A stretch of DNA of 64,000 nt, from assembly GCF_004010195.1 (NCBI RefSeq), contig NC_057750.1, positions 13,523,473 to 13,587,472 on the forward strand, in the 5' to 3' direction. The notes below the pieces were generated by a model, which saw only the letters and a program-made list of their open reading frames with translations, did not search any database and was not told where the DNA came from. A program made the position numbers and the translations under genes. The stretch comes from Chiloscyllium plagiosum (lineage: Eukaryota). Positions 31,736 through 43,700 of the stretch are shown piece by piece. Position 1 is the stretch's first letter. Each line of letters begins with the position of its first letter.

Positions 31736-34700
31736 CTGTAATGGGGTCAGAAAACATCGAGAGTCAGAAGACAGCCGGGTGGGCGGTGTAGACTCAAAGT
31801 CAGAGCGCACACGGACTGGGACTGGGAGGCAGTTTCCAAACTGGCTAGTGACCCAGAGATCGGGGCTAGTGACCCAGTGCCCGGGGCCTAATAACGCAGA
31901 GATCGGGACTAGTGACCCAGAGACCGGGGCTAGTGATCCAGAGACCGGGGCTAGTGACCCAGAGACCGGGCCCTAATAACCCAGAGATCGGGGCTAGTGA
32001 CCCAGTGCCCAGGGCCTAATAACCCAGAGACCTGGGCTAGTGACCCAGTGCCCGGGGCTAGTGAGCCAGAGACCTGGGCTAGTGACCCAGAGACCGTTGC
32101 TAGTGAGCCAGAGACCCAGGGCCTGATGCTCTGGAAAGGGGGGACGGGTTGGTCGCTGATGGGTTCTCAGATTGCAGAGTAGCAACTAGATCTGGAAGTG
32201 ATTCACTATGGACGTGGGTAAGGTGTATCATCAAGGTTTCTCACCCGGGGTAGGGGGGGGTGTTCCAAACTTGAGGGGGTAGGGTTGGCGTGAGAGGGGA
32301 AAGATTCAAAAGGGACCTAAGCAGTAACGTTTTCACACAGAGGGCGGTGCGTTTGTGGAATGAGCTTCCAGAGAAATGGTGAATGCGGGTCTAGTTACAA
32401 CATTTAAAAGACATTTGGGTAAGTGATTGAATGGACAAGGTTTGGAGGGACATGGGCCAGGAGCAGGCAGGCGTGGGACTAGTTGAGTTTGGGAATATGG
32501 TCGGGAGAGGAACGCAGCCTGGTTGCCATCGTACTCCCCCCCCCCATGGCCTTAGTGACTCTCTCCCACCTCACCTTCTGTACCTCCTGCAGTCTCTGTA
32601 CCCAGTGTTCACTGTCTGCCATCTCCTCACTGCCAACCTTCTGCCTCCTGCCTGGGTGAGGCTGCTGGGGTTTGGGGCCGTCCGCCAGCACCCTGGTGCC
32701 CTGCTCCCTGCCCGGTTTGTCCGGCTCGGTCTGCACCGACTTGTCGGCCACGGCAGGCTGTATTCGCACTGAGATCTTCTGGTTCAAGTGACCCATTACG
32801 ACGATGGTATGGTCCTTCGTATCGTCACCGTGCTCGGCACTGTCATTCTGCGGGTACGTGAATATATCGTCTTCATTACCTGTAGGGATGAGACGGGCGG
32901 GAGGGGACACAGGAATTCAACTCTGTCAGCTGTTGCTGTAAGTAGCACATTGTCCTGTTTCTAACTTAACCTCGCAAGCTCAGAATCAATCGTTGATTCG
33001 AAATCACGGCACTGAATACTTCCTGACACTTTCCGACTGGATTAGGAATACAAGAGGGACAATTCGAGAATTTAACGTCTTTTTTTTAGATTAGATTAGA
33101 TTAGATTACTTACAGTGTGGAAACAGGCCCTTCGGCCCAACAAGTCCACACCGACCCGCCGAAGCGCAACCCACCCAGACCCATTCCCCTACATTTACCT
33201 CTGCACCTAACATTACGGACAATTTAGCATGGCCAATTCACCTGACCTGCACATTTTTGGACTGTGGGAGGGAACCGGAGCACCCGGAGGAAACCCACGC
33301 AGACACAGGGAGAATGCGCAAACTCCACACAGTCAGTCGCCTGAGATGGGAATTGAACCCGGGTCTCTGGCGCTGTGAGGCAGCAGTGCTAACCACTGAG
33401 CCACCGTGCCGCCCGTCTATTTAAAACACTCACCCTCAGGAATATTGTGAGCACTTTTGGGGCCCCGTACCCAAGGAACTTTGAGGGGGTCCCGAGGAGG
33501 TTTACAAAACGATCCCAGGGATGAAGGTGTGAGGAGCGGTTGAGAACTGTAATTCAAGGATGTGAGGGGGGAGGGGGAACCTGACTGAAACTTACAGACT
33601 ACCGAGAGGCCTGGATAGAGTGGATGTGGAGATGTTTTCACCAGCAGGAGAGACTAGGGCGCAGCCTCAGAGAGAAGGGATGACCCTTTAGGACTGAAAT
33701 GTGAAGGAATTTCTTCAGCTGGAGGGTGATGACTCTGTGCAACTCATTGCTGCAGTGAGCTGTGGAGGCCAAGTCATTGAGTGTCATTAAAACAGATAAG
33801 TTCTTGATGAGTAAGGGGATCGAGGGTTATGGGGAGAGGCAGGAGAATGGGGTTGAGAAACATATCGAATGGCAATGCAGCCTCGATGGGCTGAGGGTCC
33901 TAATTGTGCTCCTATACTTTCATCAATAGTTTGATTAGGGATAGTCAACATGGTTTTGTGAAGGGTAGGTCATGACTCACAAACTTTATTGAGTTCTTTG
34001 AGAAGGTGACCAAACAGGTGGATGAGGGTAAAGCAGTTGGTGTGGTGTATATGGATTTCAGTAAGGTGTTTGATAAGGTTGAGAGCTGAAAATGTGTTGC
34101 TGGAAAAGCGCAGCAGGTCAGGCAGCATCCAGGGAACAGGAGAATCGACGTTTCGGGAATAAGCCCTTCTTCAGGAAAGGGCTTATGCCCGAAACGTCGA
34201 TTCTCCTGTTCCCTGGATGCTGCCTGACCTGCTGCGCTTTTCCAGCAACACATTTTCAGCTCTGATCTCCAGCATCTGCAGACCTCACTTTCTCCTGTTT
34301 GATAAGGTTCCCCATGGTAGGCTATCGCACAAAATACAGAGGCATGGCATTGCGGTTTGGATCAGAAATTGGCTAGCTGAAAGAAGACTGGGGGTGGTGG
34401 TTGATGGGAAATATTCATCCTGGAGTTCAGCTCCTAGTGGTGTACCGCAAAGATCTGTTTGGGTCCACTGCTGTTTGTCATTTTTATAAATGACCTGGAT
34501 GAGGGCATAGAAGGATGGGTTAGTAAATTTGTGGATGACACGAAGGTCGGTGGGGTTGTGGATAGTGACGAAGGATGTTGTAGGTTACAGAGAGACATAG
34601 ATAAGCTGCAGAGCTGGGCTGAGAGATGGCAAATGGAGTTTAATGTGGAAAAGTGTGAGGTGATTCATTTTGGAAGGAGTAACAGGAATGCAGAGTACTG

Positions 34701-37700
34701 GGCTAATGGTAAGATTCTTGGTCGTGTGGATGAGCAGAGAGATCTCGGTGTCCAGATATGTAGATCCTTGAAAGTTGCCACCCAGGTTGGTAGAATTGTT
34801 AAGAAAGCATACAGTGTGTTAGCTTTTATTGGTAGAGGGATCGAGTTTGGGAGCCACGAGGTCATGCTGCAGCTGTACAAAACTCTGGTGCGGCTGCATT
34901 TGGAATATTGCATACAGTATTGGTCACCGCATTATCGGAAGGACGTGGAAGCTTTGGAAAGGGTTCAGAGGAGATTTACTAGGATATTGCCTGGTGTGGA
35001 GGGAAAGTGTTATGAGGAAAGGCTGAGGGACTTGAGGCTGTTTTTCGTTATTGAGAAAAAGGTTGAGAGATGACTTAATTGAGACAGAAAGGATAATCAG
35101 AGGGTTAGATAGGGTGGACAGTAAGAGCCTTTTTCCTCACATGCTGATGGCTAGCATAAGGGGAGACAGCTTTAAATTGAGGGGTGATAGATATAGGATA
35201 GATGTCAGAGGTAGTTTCTTTACTCAGAGAGTATTACAGGTGAGGAATGCACTGCCTACAACAGTAGTAGGCTCGCCAACTTTAAGTGTATTTAAATGGT
35301 CATTGGATAGGCATATGGACAAGAATGGAATAGTGTAGGTTAGATGGGCTTCAGATTGGTTCCACAAGTTGGTGCAACATCGAGGGCCGAAGGGCCTGTA
35401 CTGCGCTGGAATGTTCGATGTTCTAACTAAACCATACCAAGGCCTCACCTCCACCCCCTTCCCAACACCCTATCACCTCCCCATCTCCCTCAATTGCATC
35501 TTGAATTCATGGTCTGTCTGTTCAGGAGAGTCATACCGCATGGAAAGAGACCCTTCGGTCCAACCTGTCCATGCTGGCCATGTTCCCAAATAAATCTAGT
35601 CCCATTTTCCAGCACTTGGCCCATATCCCTCTAATCCCTTCCTATTCATATCCCCATCCAGATGCCTTTAAATGGTGTAAGTGTACCAGCCTCCACCACT
35701 TCCTCTGGCTGCTCATTCTATGCACGCACCACCCTCTGGGTGAAAAAATTGCCCCTCAGGTCCCTTTTAAATCTTTTCCCCTCTCACCTTAAGCCAATGC
35801 GGTCTAGTTTTGGAGTCCGCTACCCCGGGGAAAGAGACCTTGTCTGTTCACCCTATCCAAACCCCTCATGATGTTTGTAAAGCAGATTTCACCAGCTGTG
35901 GTGGGATTTAGACTCAAGTTTCCAGAGCGTTCCGTGGATTATCAGTCTGGCATCAGCACCTCCCCCTATGCTATGGAAGTAGAAGATCAGCCAAGGGACA
36001 GCACAGGTGTGAAGGCTGAATGGCCTTGTCCTGTTTTCATTCCGTCTGGAGGTGGTAACATCGCGGTCACATGACTGGTTTAGAATCCACTGCTAATGTT
36101 TGAGGATGATGTGGAGGAGCCGGTGTTGGACTGGGGTGGTGGACAAATCTAAAAATCACACAACACCAGTGGGCGGCACGGTGGCTCAGTGGTTAGCACT
36201 GCTGCCTCACAGCGCCAGAGACCCGGGTTCAATTCCCGCCTCAGGCGACTGACTGTGTGGAGTTTGCACATTCTCCCCGTGTCGGCGTGGGTTTCCCTCC
36301 GGGTGCTCCGGTTTCCTCCCACAGTCCAAAGATGTGCAGCTCAGGTGAATTGGCCATGCTAAATTGCCCCATAGTGTTAGGTTAAAGGGGTAAATGTAGG
36401 GGCATGGGTGGGTTGCGCTTCGGCAGGTCGGTGTGGACTTGTTGGGCCGAAGGGCCTGTTTCCACACTGTAAGTAATCTAATCTAATCACCAGGTTAGAG
36501 TCCGAAAGCTTCATTTGGAAGCGTTGGAGTGCTGCACTGTTGGGCTATAATCTGGGGTTGGGTGATTTTTAACTAATGTTTTCGGAGTGTGGGGTCAAAT
36601 TACACCATCACCTGAATTTCAGTCAGTCTTGTTCAGGAAGGAATCAGAGGTGTTTAAACAGGAGCACACAGGCAGAGCATGTATTCATGTTTAATACATC
36701 AGTCGCAGCAATGTGTACCATTTTTCTAGTTTATATTGAAAAGGAATTTAATGTTGACTATTATCTTATTGCTTTATTTTCTGCTTATTCTTTGAAGGTA
36801 CTGCTTAACGTTTTTAACTTTTACCACCTTTCACCTAAGTTGTTTGTACATTAGGTGGCTCCCTGTGTGAAGCCATTATATACTTTTCCCTGTACTCCTG
36901 TACTTGAGTGCACATCACAATAAAATCTAAAATCTAAAAAGATGCCCTGCAGAAATTCACCAACGATCCTCAGTCAGCACCTCCCAAACCCGCGACCACT
37001 TCCATCTAGAAGGACGAGGGGCAGCAGATACAGGGGAATACCACCCTCCTGCAAGCTCCCCTCCACTCACCATCCCGTCTTGGGAATATATCGCCGTTCC
37101 CTCACTGTCGCTAAGTCAAAATCTCGGAATTCCCTCCCTCGGGGCATTGTGGGTCAACCCACAGTACGTGGGCTGCAGCGGTTCAAGAAGGTAGCTCACC
37201 CCCCACCTTCTCAAGGGGTAATTAGGGACAGGGCAATAAATGCTGGGCCCGGCCAGTGACACCCACATTCCACACAAGTGAATTTTTGAAAATTGCAGCT
37301 TTGAACAATTTTTTAAACCTGCGTCCTTCAGCCTCTTTATTTTTAATGCAAATATTGTTTGGTTCTTTGGCTTATGTTCTATCCGAACTTATAGGTGGCA
37401 TGGTGGCTAGCACTGCTGCCTCACGGTGTCAGAGACCTGGGTTCAATTCCCGCCTCAGGCAACTGTCTGTGTGGAGTTTGCACGTTCTCCCTGTTTCTGG
37501 GTGCTCCGGTTTCCTCCCAATATCCAAAAAACGTATAGGTTAGGTGAATTGGCCATGCTAAATTGCCTGTTGGGGAATGAGTTTGGGTGGGTTGCTCTTC
37601 AAGAGGGTTAGCTTGGGCTGAAGGGCCTGTTTCCCGCACTGTAAGTAATCTAATCATTTTTTTTTTAGTTTTTCAACACCAATAATGACGCAGTCACGTT

Positions 37701-40700
37701 TCCCCTCAAAAGTCCATCGTGTTTGAGGAGTTAACCAAGTGATGCAAACTATATCCCAAAGTAAATTCTGTGTCTTAATCTTTTGGCTGGGAAGTTGAAC
37801 TGGGGACAAGGCCTTGCGTGAACTGCTTTATTAACGATTTGGTAACAAGGAAATTGAGCTAATATCACACGATTTCCTCCGAATAACCACAAATGCAAAT
37901 ACCATACTGCAGATTAAGCATCGCCTCTGGGTCTCCCGTTGTGCAGAGGCACCAGCAGTCTCGCACATCTATTGTGGCCCATCAGAGGGCAGGAGTGCTC
38001 CACGATTAGCATTTAGTGAGTGAGAGCGGGTACCGTGATAATATCACTGGGACCCAGTGCCTGGGCTGCACGGTGGCACCGCGGTCAGCACTGCTGCCTC
38101 GCAGTACCAGAGTACCTGGGTTCAATTCTCCGCCTCAGGCAACTGTCTGTGTGGAGGTTGTACATTCTCTGCGTGGGTTTCCTCCCACGGTCCAAAGGTG
38201 TGCAGGTCAGGTGAATTGGCCGTGCTAAATTGCCCGCAGTGTTAGGTGAAGGGGTTAATGTAGGGGAATGGGTCTGGGTGGGTTGCTCTTCGGAGGGTCG
38301 GTGTGGAGTTGTTGGGCCGAAGGGCCACTGTAAGTAATCTAATCTATTGCAGTGGGTTCAAATTAATTGAAATTTCATTCAAGAAACAAATCCTGCTCTT
38401 CTCAGTAATGACCATGATTGTTGGCTTTTGTAAATAAAATCCCCATCTAATGTTGTTTCTGAGCTGAAATTAGCTGGTCTGCTTCAAACGCTACAGGTGA
38501 AAAATGATATGGGATGGTCGAGTGGTTAGCGCTGCTGCCTCACAAGGCCAGGGGTACGGGTTTGAGTCTACCCTCAGGCAATGCACGTTCTCCCCGTATC
38601 TGTGTGGGTTTCCTCCCATGGTCTGAAGATGTGCAAGTCAGGATTGGCCATGGAAAATTGCCCATAGTGTTCAGAGATGTGCAGGCTCAGTGGCCATGGG
38701 AAATGCAGGGAGAGAGGAGGGGGCTGGGTGGGATGCCTTTTGGAAGGTCGGTATAGGCCAAATGGTCTGTAGGGACTCTGTGATTTCAGGACCCTTTGAC
38801 ATGGGGAGAAAACCCTGGTTTGTTTTAAGAGCTTCCAGCCACACCCTTGTCTCATGAATAAATTAAACAAAATCATCTGGTTTTGATATTTTTACATTTA
38901 ATGTGCAGAGCAAGAGAGGGAGACAGAGAGAGAGACAGGAGAGAGAGAGTGAGTGAGAGAGAGAGACAGAGAGAGAGAGAGAGACAGGGAGTGAGTGAGA
39001 CAGAGAGAGAGAGAGAGACAGGAGAGAGAGAGACAGGAGAGCGAGAGACAGGAGAGAGAGAGACAGGAGAGAGAGAGAGAGCGAGAGACAGGAGAGCGAG
39101 AGACAGGAGAGACAGGCGAGAGACAGGAGAGACAGGCGAGAGCGAGAGACAGAGACAGGAGAGCGAGCGACAGACAGGNNNNNNNNNNNNNNNNNNNNNN
39201 NNNNNNNNNNNNNNNNNNNNNNNNNNNNNNNNNNNNNNNNNNNNNNNNNNNNNNNNNNNNNNNNNNNNNNNNNNNNNNNNNNNNNNNNNNNNNNNNNNNN
39301 NNNNNNNNNNNNNNNNNNNNNNNNNNNNNNNNNNNNNNNNNNNNNNNNNNNNNNNNNNNNNNNNNNNNNNNNNNNNNNNNNNNNNNNNNNNNNNNNNNNN
39401 NNNNNNNNNNNNNNNNNNNNNNNNNNNNNNNNNNNNNNNNNNNNNNNNNNNNNNNNNNNNNNNNNNNNNNNNNNNNNNNNNNNNNNNNNNNNNNNNNNNN
39501 NNNNNNNNNNNNNNNNNNNNNNNNNNNNNNNNNNNNNNNNNNNNNNNNNNNNNNNNNNNNNNNNNNNNNNNNNNNNNNNNNNNNNNNNNNNNNNNNNNNN
39601 NNNNNNNNNNNNNNNNNNNNNNNNNNNNNNNNNNNNNNNNNNNNNNNNNNNNNNNNNNNNNNNNNNNNNNNNNNNNNNNNNNNNNNNNNNNNNNNNNNNN
39701 NNNNNNNNNNNNNNAGGGAAGAGACAGGGTGGAAGTAAGAGAGAGGGATGAGGGTGTGGGGGGGGAAGGGAGAGAGCTGAAAGCTGCATTATCTGATGTT
39801 AGAAGTTAAGAACACAGGACAAAGCAACATGAGAAACCACATCAGAACCAGAGAGATACTGAACCCCAAAGCTCCACCCTTACAGGGAACGATGTGGGAG
39901 TGAGGGTGGGGGTGGGAATGTGAACAGCATGGGGGTGGGAGTGAGGTTGAAGTGATATGGGATGGGGGTGGTAACAGCATGAAGGTCGGAGCAGGGGGGA
40001 GGCGAGGGGGTGGAAGCAGTGTGGTGGGGGGGGGGTGAGGATGGGAGTTGGGGTGAGGGGGGGGTGATGGTGCTATGAGGTGAGCGAGCTCTCCATGTGA
40101 GGATTCACGTCCAAGGTTTCCAATCCCTCCGTGGCCTCTCAGCCTGACTGCCCCTCACTCCCTGTCCCAGTCATCTCCTCCCAGCCCTCACCGTGGCTCC
40201 CAGCAATCCCCACTCCCCCAAACCCTGAGCGACCTGCGCTCCCTCAATCCTGCCCCATCACCAGGGGCAGTGTCTTCAGCTGACCAGTTAACCCCCTCAG
40301 GCCCCTCTTCTCCTTCCTGGGCATGGTGTCACCGTTTGTTTTAGCACGCTCCCCGTGAAACACCTTGACACAGTTTGCTCCTCTCAAGGCTCTATATAAA
40401 TGTAAACTGTTGTTGTTGGAATGACACCTTCTATCTCTGCCTGGACTTCGGGAGATTTATTCGTTCCTCTCCTTAACAGGGCGGGATAACCCATCATGAA
40501 TCATAGAATCCCTACAGCATGGAAACAGGCCCTTCGGCCCAACTAGTCCACACCGCAGAGTAACCCACTCAGATCCATTCTCCTCCCCTATTTACTCCTG
40601 ACTAATGCACCTAACCTACCCATCCCTGAACACCACGGGCAATTTCCCATGGCTAATCCACCCTAACCTGCACAGCTTTGGACTGTGGGAGGAAACCGGA

Positions 40701-43700
40701 GCACCCGGAGGAATCCCACGCAGACACGGGGAGAATGTGCAAACTCCACACCGACAGTCGCCCGAGGCTGGAATCGAACCCGGGTCCCTGGTGCCATGAG
40801 GTGGCAGTGCTAACCACTGAGAGCCACCGTGCCATCCACACGTCCAGTGGTTAAAGCTGAGGAGACTCAACGAGTGAAATCCTGAGAACAAAATGATGAA
40901 CACCTCTCAATGGTTGCTGTTTCTGGGATCTTGCAGGGCCTTAATTGGTCGGCACTAGCACATCGTAGAAAATAGGAGCAGGAGTAGGCCATTCAGCCCT
41001 TCCAGCCTGCTGCACCATTCAACACGATCATGGCTTATCATCCAGCTCAGTCCCCTGCTCCCACTTCCCCTCCCCACCACCTTTGATCTCTTTAGAACTC
41101 AATCTAATTCCTTCTTAAAAACATTCAATGCTTTGGCCTCAACCACTTTCTGTGACAGAGGATTCCACAGGCTTCCCCACTGTCTGGATCCCATTTCTCC
41201 TCATCTCAGTCCGAAACCCCGTTCCCTCAGGCTGTGAGCACCCTCTGCCCGGACTCCCCCAGTCATGAACACCCTTTTTGTGTTTACCCGGTCTGGAATT
41301 TTTCAGGTTCCTACGAGACTTTCCCCCCCCTCATTCTTCTCAAGAATATAAACCTAAAAAAAAATCTTATATCAATCCTGCCATCACAGAACTCTCAAAA
41401 AGCACGCTGTTCGCTGTCAGGGTTTCTGAGGGGCGGGGGGGGGGGGGTGTCTTGGCAACTTGTCAGGCGCCACACAAATGCAAATTGTACGACGTGCCAG
41501 TGAGTTTTGCATCTCCTGCGCTAAAAGGGGGACCTTTGTCATTCATTTCTGGGCCTATGTATCTAGGGCAAACTCATCCGAGCTGACTACAATCAGATCC
41601 CATCAAGCAACTGGAAGATAACTGTGGTTGAATTACTCATTAGCAGAGTACTGTGTGTATTGTCAGAGAAACATTGCGAAAACCCATTTCTATTAAGCCA
41701 AGCAGAATGACAAAAGATTGCAGCTGCAAAAGTAGGCCATGACCCCACAACTGAATAAGTTTTTTTTTGAGAAAAGGTATTAGTTTGTGAGCACCATTGA
41801 GCGGGCCTTCCATTTAATGTCCACCCCCAATTGTCTCGGGGCCAGTCAGGAGCAGGCCTGTTGGGTCTGGAGTCATGTGTAGGCCAGACCAGGTGAGAAT
41901 GGTGGATTTTCTTTCCCTAAAGGACATTAATGAGCCAGATGGGGTTTTACAACAATGGTCACCACTAGACTAGCTTTTAATGCCAATTCAATAAATGGCG
42001 GAGCGGGATTTGAACCTACCTTTCCACGATATTAGCCTTGGCCTCTCAATTCCAAGCACAGTGATGCTGCCATCATGCCGCTGCCACAGGGAAAGACAGC
42101 ACCCCCCCCCCCCCCCCGTGCCAATTTATCTTCACCTTTTCTCGACTGCTCCCTCCAAATATGTCACCCCTGCAAGTCACACGCCTGCCTCTGAGTGAGA
42201 AGTGTGGAGGGAGTTGAACTCCACTCCAGGGAGAGTCGGGCCCACAGCCCAGGCTCCTGTGCAGCATCGAACAACACGCTAACTTGACAGTCCACTGGTC
42301 AATGTTTATCCCTCTATTATCCCACCATGTGGAAAGGGACTGGGGAGCTGGACATTTGGCCCACTGTGTCCACTCTTGATTGGCGACAGCACATTCAGGA
42401 TGTCCTCTTTCTCAGTCCTTCACGGTTGGGCATCACTGACTGGGCCCAGCATTTATTGCTCGTTCCTAATTGCCCCCCGAGAAGGCGGGGGTGAGCTGCC
42501 TCCTTAACTGCTGCCATCCATGTGCTGTGGGTTGACCTTAGGGAAGGAGTTTCAGGACTTTGACCCAGCGACAGTGAAGGAACGGTGATATATTTCCAAG
42601 TCAGGATGGTGAGCGGCTCGGAGTGGAACTTGCAGGGGGTGGTGTTCCAATGCTGCCCTTGTCCTTCCAGATGGAAGTAGTCATGGGTTTGGAAGGTGCT
42701 GTCTGAGGATCTTTGAATCCCTACAGTGTGAAAGCAGGCCATTCGGCCCATTGAGTCTACACTGACCCTCAAAAGAGCATCCCACTCAGACCTACCCCCT
42801 ATCCTATCGCTGTAACCCCACACTTCCCATGGTTAATTCACTTAGTCCCTGTGGGACCTAGAACCCAGGGCACAGCCTAAAGAGTAGAGCGTTCAGTTCT
42901 GAGATGAGGAAGCCCACCATCGAGCAAACTCAAGATCGAAATCCATACATTCCTAGTTACGAAGGACATTGAAGGAGCTGGGAATATGGGATTGAGGTAG
43001 GTGACCAGTCATACAGCACAGAAACAGACCCTTCGCTCCAACCAGTCCACGGTGAACACAATCCCAAACTAAACTAGTCCCGCCTGCCTGCTCCCGGCCC
43101 ATATCCCTCCAAACCTTTCCTAGTCACGTACTTATCCAAATGTCTTTTAAATCCTGTAACTGTCCCCACATCCACCACTTCCTCAGGAAGTTCATTCAAC
43201 ACACGAAACACTCTCTGTGTAAAAAATTTGCCCCTCGTGTCTTTTTTTAAATCTTACTCCTCGCAACTTAAAACTTGCTTTGAAATCCTCCATCCCAGGG
43301 AAAAGAGCTTTGTTATTCACTTTATCTATGCCACTCATGACGTGATAAACACTATAAGGTCAGCCCTCAACCTCTGACGCTCCAGTGAAAAAGGTCCCAG
43401 CCTCTTCTTATAACTCAAACGCTCCATTCCCAGCAACGTCCTGGTTAATCTCTTCCGAACCCTCTCCAGCTGAATAATATCCTTCCCGTAACAGGGAGAC
43501 CAGAACTGGACACAGATGAGGCCTCACCAACATCCTGTACAACCCCAACATGGTGTCCCAATTCCAATAGAGGAAAATGAGGACTGCAGATGCTGGAGAT
43601 CAGAGTCAAGACTGTGGTGCTGGAAAAGCACAGCAGGTCAGGCAGCAAGATAGTCGACGTTTTGAGCATAAGCCCTTCATATGCTCGAGAGGTCTGTTCT

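Larger units (their letters stand above)
33931..35420 (+). mobile_element. CR1-type LINE RT-to-3' fragment, interrupted at 34081-34295
   Basis: ORF 34459..35073 [12 protein letters not shown]...[11 protein letters not shown]...[10 protein letters not shown]; frameshifted flanks. Confidence 0.92.

Noticed and set aside
34459..35073. 204-aa reverse-transcriptase ORF as a functional gene
   Set aside because: It is a truncated CR1 ORF2 with frameshifts on both sides, an insertion upstream and no endonuclease domain.
36171..36245. tRNA genes (also at 12184, 14190 and 33340)
   Set aside because: The A/B boxes belong to tRNA-derived SINE heads that continue into SINE body and tail.
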